From contig CBDCYI010000009.1 in the NCBI GenBank assembly GCA_965224085.1, positions 736,001-800,000 on the forward strand: 64,000 nt of DNA, given 5' to 3'. A program made the position numbers and the translations under genes. Numbering within the stretch: the first letter of the stretch is position 1; each line of letters opens with the position of its first letter. The notes beneath the pieces are model-generated. The model was not told the origin of the DNA, did no database searches, and worked only from the letters and a program-made list of their open reading frames with translations. This stretch comes from Candidatus Marinacidobacterales bacterium. Lineage in GTDB: Bacteria; Acidobacteriota; Vicinamibacteria; Marinacidobacterales; SMYC01. This document shows, piece by piece, positions 50,399 to 60,777 of this stretch.

Positions 50399-52872
50399 TT
50401 GTCTCAAGAGACACCGCATCCGATCCATCGCCGCATTCAGGCTGAAGAGCTCGTGCGCCTTCGCCGGGCGAGCGAACATCGTCGGTACGCGGCGTCCCAG
50501 CGCCGTGGCCGTATCGACCCGAACCCTCATCAAATCAACGCAGTCATCTTCGCATTGGAGCGCATTCCAGAAGGCGGCTGCATTCTTGCAGATGAAGTTG
50601 GCCTCGGCAAAACGATTGAAGCGGGTTTGGTCATTGCTCAGCTGCTCGCGGAGGGTTGGCAACGGGTCCTCCTGATCTTGCCGAAGGCCCTTCTGGGCCA
50701 ATGGCAGAACGAGCTCTACACTCTCTTTGGGATCGAGACCCAGGAGGGCTCGCTGAGCCCGGACGCTTTCATCGGCCCCGGCGTGTTTCTTACCTCTCGC
50801 GATTTCGCAGGGAGTGAAAAGGGCTCGAGTCTCTTGCGGTCCGTCGAGCGTTTCGACCTATGTGTCATCGACGAGGCGCACGAGATTTTTGCGGGCATCC
50901 ACAAGCGGTTTGATCGCTACGGCTTCTACAAAGAAGACTCTAAGGACGCGCAGATGGCGCATCGCGTGCGTCAGGTGTTCACCGACGTACCCAAGTTGCT
51001 GCTCACAGCAACACCCATCCAGAACTCCCTTGTGGAGCTCTGGGGCCTAACGCAATGGATCGAGCCAACCGGTACTCTGCTTGGAAACCTCGCAACCTTC
51101 CGCGAGGTGTTCTGCGACGGTGACGATCGGTCGCTCGTGGTCGACCAAGCCCATGAGCTGCGGCGACGCATCAGCCGCATTTGCCAGCGCACGCTTCGTC
51201 GCCAGGCCCAGGAGTTCTTGGACAAACCCTTTGTTGACCGCCGAGCACTTTTGCTCGAGTACCGAATGAGTCCGGAGGAACGCCAGGTCTACGACGATGT
51301 GACTCGATATCTCCTTGAGCCCAACATCTGTGCCTTTAGTGGCAATCAGAGGCAACTTCTCCTTATCAGTTTCCACCGCCTCATGGCTTCCTCGCTTGCG
51401 GCCCTGGCCGCGAGTCTGCGCAAGGTCGCGGAACGACTGGAGAAAATGCTCGCTGGCGTCACTCCGCATCGTCTCAGCGAAAGCGTCCGTGATTTCGCGT
51501 TGGATCTCGAAGACGAGCTACCCCCACTAGCCGAGGACGAGGAGACGGCACCGGCTGCGCTGACCCCAGAGAAGATCCAAGACGAGCTCGAACGTGTTCA
51601 GCGCTTCGTTCAACGTGTCGAGCGCCTTCCGCGGGACGGCAAGGCCGAACGGCTCCTCAAGGCTGTCCGCCTCATCCAGAAGAGAAAAGGCAAAGGTAGA
51701 GGCAAGATCGTCATCTTTACGGAGTCACTCACAACACAGGACCACCTCAAGGACATTCTTATTAAGAGCGGTTTCGCTCCTCGAGATATCACGTTATTCC
51801 GCGGAGATAATGCGTCGCCGAGAGCCAGTGAAGCTTTGGAATGCTGGGACGAGGAAGTTGGTCAGCATATACCAAAGTACAGTCGCCCGAGCCGAAGTGT
51901 TGCTGCCCGCCTCGCGCTGGTCCACGAGTTTCAAACACGGTCCCGGATTTTCATCTCAACCGAGGCTGGCGCAAAAGGACTGAACCTTCAGTTCTGTGAC
52001 ACTCTGATCAACTACGACCTTCCGTGGAATCCGCAACGGATCGAGCAACGAATCGGACGGTGCCACCGATACGGTCAGACACACGACGTCACGGTCATTA
52101 ACTTCGTCGCCAAAGACAACGAAGCCGAACGTCTTCTTTTTGAGATTCTCAGCGACAAGCTGGACCTCTTCGGCACGGTGCTCGACGCATCTGACTCGTA
52201 CTGCACGAAGCGTCGACATCAACGCCGGAAACGCTTACGACGGCGCTTGGTGCGGATTTCGAGTCTCGACTTCGCCGTATCTACGAACGCGCGAGAACGG
52301 TGGAGGAGATCGAGGAGGAGCTTCGCCGATTGCGCGAAACCATGGAGGCCAAAAGGCGCGACTTCGAGCAGGAGACCGATCGAACACGAGGCCTGATCGA
52401 GACACGGATCGACAAGACGGTTAGAGCTGTCTTCCGACAGATCCAGGAAGAGTTACCGAGCAGTCTTGCACAATTGGATCGGGATATTGATGAGGTAGTG
52501 ACCGGCTACTTGACTGCGATCAACGCGCCCTTCGAGCGGACGACGAAGGACGGTAGGATCTTCCTCGAGCTTTCCGCATCGCCGGCTCTACCGGAAGAAC
52601 TGCGCGAGGGCGCGCAGGTGGCCATTGGACATGCTAAGGACCTGGAGGACACTGACCCGGTGCATCTGGGCCATCCATTGGTTCGTGCTGCTTTGGAGGA
52701 GTCCAGAGCCGCCACAGAGGGTCGCCTCCGAGTGCGTTTCAAGCTGAACGACAAGTCAGGCGATCCGCTGGACGAATACCGCCACAAACGCGGGTACTTG
52801 GCCGTCACGAAGGTGAAATATGGCGGTGTTGAGGCCGTGGAGCATTTGGTGCCGAGTCTGACCCTTGAAGAC
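50399..52872 (+). pseudogene. SNF2/RapA-like helicase with a frameshift at ~52196 and a lost C-terminus
   Basis: LADEVGLGKT, DEAH, TATP, STEAGAKGLNLQ, YDLPWNPQRIEQRIGRCHRYGQ. Reading continues in the shifted frame (VLHEAST...RARTVEEIE). Confidence 0.85.
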
Positions 52873-54069
52873 ACCGACCTCGCCGTCGTTCGGATCGTGC
52901 GGCGGTGTATGCGCAAATCTCACCGAGAGCGCTATGAAGACACGCGCGACTTGTTACGGGATCTCAAGACCGTTGCCTTGCACAACCGCGAGCTTCCGCC
53001 TATTCCTCCCGTGCCTCAGATCCCGGAGCCCGATGTTCCGTCCTTTGGGGGCGCCATCCACGGTCGGGTGGGGCGAGACGTGCGAAACGCGCTCTCGGGA
53101 GCGGAGCGCGAGATCCGCGCGTCTTTCGGCGAGACCGAGTTCTATCTTCGTTCGCGCGACGGCGCGACCAAATCGTTATCGGAAAGAAGGCTCCGGCGCA
53201 AACTACGTCGAAACCGCTTCAGCGGGGATGAAATGGTGCGGCGAGGCGATGAGGGTGAGTGGGTGCCTATCTACGAGAGTGATCTTTTCCGCCAAGAAGT
53301 CCCCTATAGTGGGGATCCGGCCATTTGGGTGGGCAAGCGCAAGATCGCCGATTTCATGCAGCACGCCTGTACTTTTGTCACGTTCGGGGTCGCATGGTAC
53401 TTTTTCCTTGGCGAAGTGCCCGTGTGGATGGGCTTTTGGGGCATTGGGCTCGCCTTTCACGCCATGAGCACGCTCCCGGCAGCGCTGCCGTTTCTCCGGC
53501 GAAAGCGAGAGCTCGCCGCAAAAACCACGCCTGCGCTGGCCGAGGTACCCGCGGCTTTGCCCGACTCGCTCTTGTCCGCCTCTTTTCTCGAGGAGGTCGA
53601 GCGCGTCAAAGCGCTCTTGTCGCGTCGCGACGGCGAGGAGACGGAGCCTCTTGTGGCGGAAGTGGACGCGATCGTGAGCGGGGTGCGCGATCTCGCATTG
53701 AGGCATCGCGACCTTTCCGAGCAGACCTCGTCCGAGGAGCGCGACGCTCTTCAGGGGACACTCGAGGAGGCGGAGCGCAATCTCGTGGCGGCGGACAACG
53801 CGAATGACCGGCGACTCTTCCAGCGTCAGCTCGAAGTCATTCGGCAAAGAAGCGAGGCCATCCACAAAGCTTTGGGTGTGCTCGGTCGTCTCAAGGTTCG
53901 TCAGGACGTTGCCGAGCAGCAGATCAAGCAGCTTCGGCTGGATTTGTCACGCGGGGAAGCGTCGAGCGCGAGTGTGCCGAAGCTCACGTCGAGACTTTCG
54001 GATATCCGCCACGAAGTCGACGCGACCGAGCGCGTGGATGAAGCGATCGCTCGAGAGCTCTTGAGCTAA
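52873..54069 (+). pseudogene. C-terminal half of a Ser/Thr kinase-type protein (kinase tail, two TM segments, coiled coil), fused in frame to the helicase
   Basis: RIVRRCMRKSHRERYEDTRDLLRDLK resembles kinase subdomain XI; WMGFWGIGLAFH resembles a 2TM motif. Confidence 0.65.
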
Positions 54070-54108
54070 CACGCGCGCACTTTACCGTCGCGTCGAACAT
54101 CGAGACGC

Positions 54109-55005
54109 TCACATGATGTTGAAGTCAACCGCAATGTCGCCGACGACGTTGACAGGCTCGCCTTTGAGCTTCGCCGGGACGAAGACCCACTGACGCACGC
54201 AGGTGATCGCCTGATCGTTCAGACCGCCTCCCAATCCCTGAACGACGCGCACGTCGCCGATGCGTCCTTCCTTGAGAATGACGACCTCGAGCACGACCGT
54301 GCCTTCGATCTTCTTGGAGAGCGCGTCTTGCGTGTATATGGGCCGCACTTGTTTGCGAAGGATGGGAGGCGTGATGCCGGAGCCCATGCGATAAGCGCCG
54401 CCGCCGAAGCCCCCGCCAGTGCCGGGTCCAAGCCCTGACCCGTCACCCTCACCGATGCCGCCTCCGTTACCCGCGCCCGCGTTCGCGGCGAGCTCGTCCT
54501 CGCCTTCGAGGTCGCCGCGGGTGTTCAGGTCGTCCGGCGCCATGGCGACGATCGGCGCTTTGATTTCAGGCGCGTCCTCTTCCTCTGGCTCCTCTTCTTC
54601 TTCCTCTTCCTCTTCTTCGGCAACTTCAGGATCATCGAAAACGAGCTTCTCTTCGGGAACCTCTACTTTCACTGCCACCGTCGCTGCGTCTTGACCCTCA
54701 ATCTGCTGAAGTGACAAAGGCTCCTCGCTGCCGTCGCCGCCGCCGCCTCCTCCGCCGGGGCCGGGCTCCATGAAGAAGACGAGGCTCGGCGGGGTCCACT
54801 TTTCTTCCAAGGGAGGGCCTTCGGGGAAGAGAATGGAAATCATGAGGCCGCCAAAGGCGATGCTTATATAGCCGAGGGTGGTGTAGACCTGGGTCCGACG
54901 CTTGCGGTCGCGATTGTAGAAGGGTGGCTCGATCTCGGTCCCGGAGAACGCGCTGACGATGTCGTCATTTCTGAAGACCTCTTTGAGCCACGCAAAAAAC
55001 TTCAT
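54109..55005 (-). CDS. tonB: Energy transducer TonB
   Basis: TM anchor, Gly- and Glu-rich linker, PIYTQDALSKKIEGTVVLEVVI...GLNDQAI...WVFVPA. Start at MKFFAW. Confidence 0.85.
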   Translation of the reverse strand: MKFFAWLKEVFRNDDIVSAFSGTEIEPPFYNRDRKRRTQVYTTLGYISIAFGGLMISILFPEGPPLEEKWTPPSLVFFMEPGPGGGGGGGDGSEEPLSLQQIEGQDAATVAVKVEVPEEKLVFDDPEVAEEEEEEEEEEPEEEDAPEIKAPIVAMAPDDLNTRGDLEGEDELAANAGAGNGGGIGEGDGSGLGPGTGGGFGGGAYRMGSGITPPILRKQVRPIYTQDALSKKIEGTVVLEVVILKEGRIGDVRVVQGLGGGLNDQAITCVRQWVFVPAKLKGEPVNVVGDIAVDFNIM

Positions 55006-55086
55006 CTTGTCCCAATTTTCCTCTGAAGTCGGCGGGGATGCAAGAGAACCCGTCACAGTACCGTTTGATAAACTCCGATTGCAACC

Positions 55087-57189
55087 ATGAGCCTCCCGAT
55101 CCGGCTTTGTGTGGAAAACTCCATCGCTCGGATCACTTTTGATCTTCCAGGTGAAAAGGTCAACAAGCTCTCGCGAGCCGTGATGCAACGGCTCGGCGAA
55201 GTGCTGGACGAGCTCGAGGGGCGCACCGATGTTCGCGGCGCGGTGCTCGATTCCGCTAAGAGCGGTGTCTTCAACGCGGGAGCCGATGTCAGCGAGATCG
55301 GCTCGGTGACGGATGTCGATTCGGCGGCCGAGGCTGTGCTCGCGGGCCAGGCTCTCATGAACCGCATCGAAGGGCTCCCGTTTCCCGTCGTCGCCGCAAT
55401 CGGTGGCGTGTGCCTCGGAGGCGGGACGGAGCTAGCACTCGCATGCGACGGCCGGGTGGGCTCGGATCACCCGCGCTTTCAGCTTGGCCTTCCCGAAGTC
55501 AATCTTGGAATCCTGCCCGTTTGGGGCGGTGCGACCCGGCTCCCGCGCCTCATCGGGCTTCCGAAAGCGCTCGATTTCATCCTCCGCGGGCGCTCGGTGG
55601 ACGCCAAGCGGGCGGAGCAGCTCGGGATCCTCGACCGCGCGGTCAGACACGGCGAGCTCGAGAAGCGCTCCCTCGAGCTTCTCCACTCCCTCATCGAAGG
55701 CGAGCGTCCCCGCCGCCGAAAGCTGCCTTTTAGAGAGCGCCTTTTGTCCCGAAATCTGCTTGGCCGCGCCCTATTGTTCTCGCAGGCGAAAAAGCGTGTG
55801 CTCGCGCAAACAAAAGGCCACTATCCGGCGCCCCTCGCCATCCTCGACGTGCTCCGGCGGGGGCGGGTGTCCAAGCAACGTTCGCTCGAGCTCGAAGTTC
55901 TGCATGCGAAAACGTTGCTCCCAGGCGCCGTTTCGAAGAATCTCGTCCATTTATTCTTCTTGAACGAAAACGCGAAAAAAGATCCCGGCGTCACCGACGA
56001 CTCCATCGAGCCGAGGCCCGTTGCGAGCGCCGCCCTGCTCGGCGCGGGCACGATGGGCGGCGGTATTGCTCGGATCGTGGCGTCGCGCGATATCCCGGTC
56101 CGGCTGAAGGATATTAGCCCCGAGGCGCTCGGGGCGGGGCTTTCCGCCGCGCGCTCGATTTTCGAGCGCCGGGTGAAACGGCGACGGATAACGCGCTGGG
56201 AGCTCGAGCGCAAGATGGCGCTCATTACCACGACGCTCGATTTCAGCGGGTTTAAGAACGTGGATGTCGTCATTGAGGCCATCGTCGAGGACATCGAGAT
56301 CAAGAAGACCGTTTTTCGCGAGCTCGAGCCAGTGGTTTCTGAAAGCTGTTTGATAGCGACCAACACCTCCACCCTTTCCGTCAGCGCCATGCAGAGCGTT
56401 CTCGAGAGGCCCGAGCGGATGGCGGGGTTTCACTTCTTCAACCCGGTCGACCGCATGCCGCTCATCGAAGTGATTCGGGGCGAGAAGACCGACGACAGGG
56501 CGACGGCGTCGCTCATAGCACTCGCCAAGAAACTCGGAAAGACCCCGGTCGTCGTTCAGGATGGCCCCGGGTTCCTCGTAAACCGCATTCTCGGCCCCTA
56601 TCTGAATGAGGCGGGCCGTCTTTTCGAGGAATGCGGCGACATCGCTGCCATCGATAGCACTTTCGTCGCCTTTGGTATGCCGATGGGCCCCCTCCGTTTG
56701 CTCGATGAGGTCGGGCTCGACGTGGCCGATAAAGCCGGCAAAGTGTTGACAGCCGCTTTCGGTGACCGCGCCTCGCCGTCGAAAGTCGTATCGAAGCTCG
56801 TCGCCGAGGGTCGGCTTGGGAAGAAAACTGGCCGCGGTCTTTACCGCCATGGCGGCAAAAACGAGTCTCCCGATGAAACGGTCCTCGCGATCGTCGGCGT
56901 GGATCGCCGCCCGGCCGTTGCCGCCCAAAACTGCGTCGAGCGCGCGCTCGGGCTCATGATTGCGGAGGCCGCACGTTGCCTCGATGAGGGCATCGTGCGC
57001 AGCTCGGGAGAGCTCGACCTCGCCATGGTGATGGGCACGGGCTTTCCGCCGTTTCGCGGTGGACTGCTTCGCTACGCCGACCACTACGGCGTGGCGCGCA
57101 CCGTTGAAGATCTTGCGAAGTGGAGCGAGCAACTCGGGAGCCGCTTCGATCCCCCGGCATCGCTCCGGGACCGCAAAGCGTTCTACTAG
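55087..57189 (+). CDS. fadJ: Fatty-acid oxidation multifunctional enzyme, alpha subunit (FadJ/FadB-like)
   Basis: CLGGGTELALAC, GLPEVNLG, GAGTMGGGIA, ATNTS, HFFNPV, PGFLVNRIL, GMPMGP. Confidence 0.9.
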   Translation: MSLPIRLCVENSIARITFDLPGEKVNKLSRAVMQRLGEVLDELEGRTDVRGAVLDSAKSGVFNAGADVSEIGSVTDVDSAAEAVLAGQALMNRIEGLPFPVVAAIGGVCLGGGTELALACDGRVGSDHPRFQLGLPEVNLGILPVWGGATRLPRLIGLPKALDFILRGRSVDAKRAEQLGILDRAVRHGELEKRSLELLHSLIEGERPRRRKLPFRERLLSRNLLGRALLFSQAKKRVLAQTKGHYPAPLAILDVLRRGRVSKQRSLELEVLHAKTLLPGAVSKNLVHLFFLNENAKKDPGVTDDSIEPRPVASAALLGAGTMGGGIARIVASRDIPVRLKDISPEALGAGLSAARSIFERRVKRRRITRWELERKMALITTTLDFSGFKNVDVVIEAIVEDIEIKKTVFRELEPVVSESCLIATNTSTLSVSAMQSVLERPERMAGFHFFNPVDRMPLIEVIRGEKTDDRATASLIALAKKLGKTPVVVQDGPGFLVNRILGPYLNEAGRLFEECGDIAAIDSTFVAFGMPMGPLRLLDEVGLDVADKAGKVLTAAFGDRASPSKVVSKLVAEGRLGKKTGRGLYRHGGKNESPDETVLAIVGVDRRPAVAAQNCVERALGLMIAEAARCLDEGIVRSSGELDLAMVMGTGFPPFRGGLLRYADHYGVARTVEDLAKWSEQLGSRFDPPASLRDRKAFY

Positions 57190-57382
57190 AGTACAGAAAA
57201 AAACGGACCTAATCCACACCTCTCTATGCCTCTGTTGCGCGAGCTGCGCTCGGCAATAAGTGTCATCGGTTCGCTACAGCGTTTCCATTTTTGGGCAGCC
57301 CGAGGTGAGTTTTGTAGGGTAATCACCACGCGGGAGCGGGGGGGTTTTTCCACAAGCTATTCAAGCCATTGCAAAACAAGAA

Positions 57383-57922
57383 GTGAACAACCACCGCCTA
57401 GAAGGCGGTGGCTTCAAGGGCTGTCAATTGGAAATTGACTGTCGTCGTGAAGAGGCTCGCCATCCTGGGAGTCTATGTACTCCTTTACCATCTCGTCCGT
57501 TATGCTTCCTGAACTCACCGCCAGATATCCTCGGGCCCAGAAGTGCCGGCCCCAAAACTTCTTCCTCAGGTGAGCAAACTCCTGAAGGAGTACTCGGGAG
57601 CTTATTCCTTTTAGCCACTGCACGATCGTACTCAGGTCCTGGTGTGGTCGGTAGGATACGAACACGTGGACGTGGTCGCGTGCAACCTTACCCGAGATTA
57701 TGTGCAGCTCATGTTCCATCGCGATCTGACGAATCAGATCGCGCACACGAACCGCTACTGGACCGATCAAAACCTTTTTACGATATTTCGGTATCCAAAC
57801 GATGTGCGCTTTTAGGTCCGTTTTCGTGTGCGCTCCGTGCCTGTAGTGACGCACGCGACCACAATACCACGATCTTCTCTTCGCCTAAAGGCGAGGGGTT
57901 TCGACCATCCCCGGAAGAGACA
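57383..57922 (-). mobile_element. tnpA: IS200/IS605 element with intact Y1 transposase tnpA (57414..57854), no tnpB
   Basis: HIVWIPKYRK, HUH motif DHVHVF, FWARGY, VKEYI. Subterminal hairpins, inserted 3' of TTAG, right end TTCAC. Confidence 0.95.
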
Positions 57923-57952
57923 CTAACGAAAATGGTCGCTCGGGGCGGCCTC

Positions 57953-57968
57953 TGGCATGTGAGTTGCA
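57953..57968 (+). promoter_or_regulatory. Sigma-54 (-24/-12) promoter
   Basis: TGGCATG-TGAG-TTGCA versus the consensus TGGCACG-N4-TTGCW. Confidence 0.7.
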
Positions 57969-57996
57969 TCCTTGGTCATCGTTGCGGAGGTTGACC

Positions 57997-58209
57997 TTGG
58001 CAGAAGCGATTCCCAAAGCGATGTGGTCCGAAGCGGAAGAATACAGCGAGCGCCTGTTTTATTGGGAGTTCCTGGTGAACAACTGGCTCATTCCCGGCCC
58101 TGCCATTCTCAAGGAGAACGACGCGCTCGACTCCGTCACGGAGCCGCGTGCGCCGAGCCTGCACGACTACGGCTGGCTTCTGGAGCCAGACTCCCTTCTC
58201 GAACAGTAA
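57997..58209 (+). CDS. Small acidic hypothetical protein (70 aa)
   Basis: GGAGG RBS 6 nt before TTG 57997, downstream of the sigma-54 site. Confidence 0.5.
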   Translation: MAEAIPKAMWSEAEEYSERLFYWEFLVNNWLIPGPAILKENDALDSVTEPRAPSLHDYGWLLEPDSLLEQ

Positions 58210-59830
58210 TCGCGTAGAGACGATCCGAGGACTCCTCGGCGACTAGCTCGAGGAGGCCGGAATCCTGCGCTTTTTGCACCTGTCGCTTCATGCGCGGCCC
58301 GAGCCTCGCTTCGTGGGCCAACACGTAGCGGACGCCCTTACTCTCCATGGCGCGTAGGCCTCGCAAGAAGTCACGGCGCATGAGCTGGCGATAGGCGAGC
58401 CCATAGCTCGGCGGCGCGAAGCCGCTATAGCCGTTCACAATTTGGCGGCGGTGGAAGATCGATCGATAGACGAAGATCGCGTTGTCCTGGAACCGCTCGG
58501 GCGGCGGCAGCGGCAGCTCGACCATAGCACCAGGCTCGGGCAGCGTTTCCACGTGACGATAGATCGCAGGGTAGGACGGCGCATCCATTCGGAGCTCGAG
58601 CGGCACAGCGAAACATTCGAGGGCGGCGACGAGTACGAGAGCCCATCGTAAGGCGGGCCGTTTCATCCATGTCTGGCCTGTCTGGCCTGTCTGGCCTGTC
58701 TGGCCCTTCAGGCGCGTCAGGCCGATGGCGGCGAGTAGTGCTACGGCGAGCAAGAACAGAACACCCGCGCGCGACGGCGCGCGCAGTGCCCGATAGGGTG
58801 CTGCAACGTTGTACAGAAACGTGAAAAGGCCCAGCGACGGGCCGAGGGACAGCGCCACGCCAAGAAAACCTACCGCCACCCAGCACCATTTGCGCTCGCG
58901 CTCGCGCGCGGCCGTCAGAAGCGCAGTGGCCGCGAGCGCTAGGGCGATGAATCCGGGGAACAGGGGCTCGGACGCTTTTGGAAGAAAAGCGTGGAGCCAC
59001 GAGTAGCTCGACAGATATTCGGGAAGCCCAGCGGAGAACTCGGTCGCCGCTTGCAGCGAGCGCAGCCGTCCCGACTGAAGTTTGTCCAGATAGGGCAGGA
59101 CGAGAGGTATCACGAGCACGATCGCGAGCACACCGCCGACAAGAAGCCGTCCGAAAGCGCTCCGTCGCTTTTCTTTGGGCACCCAGTAGAGCTCGGTAAG
59201 CGCCACGATCGGGACGGCGCTCGCGACGTAGACCGTGTAGTAAACGCTCGAGCCGAACGTCAAAAACGCCGTGACCGCAAAGCCGAAGGTGGCGTAGGCG
59301 CGTCCCGTTCCGGCGACGATGAAGCGTAGGAAGACGAAGCTGAGCGGGATGCCGAAAGCGAGCTGAAGCTGCAAGTGCGGCAGATGAGCAAAGCGATACG
59401 GCGCGAAGGCGAACAATAGCCCCGCGAGATAGGCTGCGAGACGATCGTGCGTGAGCTCGAAGGCGAGCGCGAAGGTTGCGAGGCCGGAAAAAACGAACGC
59501 TGCGAGGAGTGCTATGTTCACGAGAAGAATCGGGTTGTCAGAGACGAGCGCCACAGGGGCCGCGATGAGAGACGCGGTCAGAAGGTTCTCGGAATAAGCG
59601 AGGGCGCCTTTCTCGGGAAAAAAGATGTTCGCGTCGAATAGATGAAGCGGATCGTTTCGTAACTGCTCGAGATTCCAGGAGACGATGAAGCCGTTCAAGA
59701 GGGCATCAGGACTGTCGAGGCGATTCGCTTGTCCCAGCGCGGTCGCGAGCGGGAAAGTAAAGACGAGGCTCGCGAGAGTAAAAATGCCAGCGGCGGCGAG
59801 AAGTTCCCGGGCGCTCGGTGTCTTGGGCAC
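58136..59830 (-). CDS. Polytopic membrane protein, GT-C/YfhO-like glycosyltransferase fold
   Basis: LFDANIFFPEKGALAYSE, AFAPYRFAHLPHLQ, LRAPSR, VNGYSGF; many TM segments. Confidence 0.7.
   Translation of the reverse strand: MPKTPSARELLAAAGIFTLASLVFTFPLATALGQANRLDSPDALLNGFIVSWNLEQLRNDPLHLFDANIFFPEKGALAYSENLLTASLIAAPVALVSDNPILLVNIALLAAFVFSGLATFALAFELTHDRLAAYLAGLLFAFAPYRFAHLPHLQLQLAFGIPLSFVFLRFIVAGTGRAYATFGFAVTAFLTFGSSVYYTVYVASAVPIVALTELYWVPKEKRRSAFGRLLVGGVLAIVLVIPLVLPYLDKLQSGRLRSLQAATEFSAGLPEYLSSYSWLHAFLPKASEPLFPGFIALALAATALLTAARERERKWCWVAVGFLGVALSLGPSLGLFTFLYNVAAPYRALRAPSRAGVLFLLAVALLAAIGLTRLKGQTGQTGQTGQTWMKRPALRWALVLVAALECFAVPLELRMDAPSYPAIYRHVETLPEPGAMVELPLPPPERFQDNAIFVYRSIFHRRQIVNGYSGFAPPSYGLAYRQLMRRDFLRGLRAMESKGVRYVLAHEARLGPRMKRQVQKAQDSGLLELVAEESSDRLYAITVREGSLAPEASRSRAGSAHAAP
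58671..58706. repeat. In-frame 9-bp tandem repeat (GQT x4)
   Basis: GTCTGGCCT x3 plus GTCTGGCCC. Confidence 0.9.
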
Positions 59831-59913
59831 GGCAGATTATCGCAAAACCGCGAGCATTCACGTATCAAATCTGCTATCTTCTTGCGACGCAGTAAGAAAT
59901 GAGGCGAGTTCCT

Positions 59914-60777
59914 ATGAAGCTGCCCGTAGCGGTGGTTCTTCTCGTGGGTTTGTTTGGGCTCGAAGCCGGACGATATGCGCAGGGCTCGCAGGAGTGGATC
60001 AAGTTCGAGACGATCGACCAATCCGCCCTCCCCATTGTGCGATCGCGCTTGAACGGGATGGGGCCCCATCGGCTCGTCATCGACGTGAGCTTCAAAGAGC
60101 TTGCTCTCGACACGGTCATCGTCGAGGGTTCGGGCATGAAGCTTACGAGCCGTGGCGAGAAGGAAGAGATCGATTATTACGGCAAGAAAGAGAAAGTGCC
60201 GGTTGCCTATCTCCAAACACTAGAGCTCGGCGGCGCCAAATTCCAGCTCGTCCGCACACTACTGATTGAAGGCGAGGATGCTACAGGGATGGGCGGCCTT
60301 CGAAGCTACGGCCGCATCGGTCGCGACGTGCTGGAGCCTCTTCGCTTGACGGTGCACTACCCGCGGCGCCTATTGTTGCTCGAGCCTTCCCCGAGCGAAG
60401 TCCCACCAGGCGGGGTGACCTACACGTCGGCCGGCCGGTTTCTTCTGATCCCCGTTCGTCTCGAGCATGAAGGCGCCATGGAGGAGGTCAACCTCGTGTT
60501 GGACGCCGGCACGTCGAGCACGGTGCTCGATCGGCGATGGGCGGCGGATCGAGGCTTCGCCGAGAAAAAAGCGTCTCAGACGGTCATCCCAACACTTGGG
60601 GTGGGAGCATTCTCCACCCAAAGCATGCCGGTGCTCCTCGGCGAAATGCACGAGCTTCCCTATGACGGCCAGCCCGTGGGCGTCATTGGGGCGGATCTTT
60701 TGAATCAAATCTCGGTTTCGTACGACTTCGCGCGTGATTTGGTGTGGCTCAAGAGGGTGGAGAAAGACGCCTCGTGA
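59914..60777 (+). CDS. Exported retropepsin-like (aspartyl protease fold) protein
   Basis: LVLDAGTSSTVL and GVIGADLL, a degenerate first lobe (LVIDVS, GRIGRDVL) and a signal peptide. Confidence 0.65.
   Translation: MKLPVAVVLLVGLFGLEAGRYAQGSQEWIKFETIDQSALPIVRSRLNGMGPHRLVIDVSFKELALDTVIVEGSGMKLTSRGEKEEIDYYGKKEKVPVAYLQTLELGGAKFQLVRTLLIEGEDATGMGGLRSYGRIGRDVLEPLRLTVHYPRRLLLLEPSPSEVPPGGVTYTSAGRFLLIPVRLEHEGAMEEVNLVLDAGTSSTVLDRRWAADRGFAEKKASQTVIPTLGVGAFSTQSMPVLLGEMHELPYDGQPVGVIGADLLNQISVSYDFARDLVWLKRVEKDAS

Noticed and set aside
55006-55188. N-terminal extension of TonB overlapping the fadJ start
   Set aside because: A better start exists at MKFFAW (55005); the overlap is an ORF-calling artefact.
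57383-57420. TnpB/omega-RNA system at the IS200 right end
   Set aside because: The tnpA stop is followed directly by the right-end hairpin, leaving no room for tnpB, iscB or a guide scaffold.
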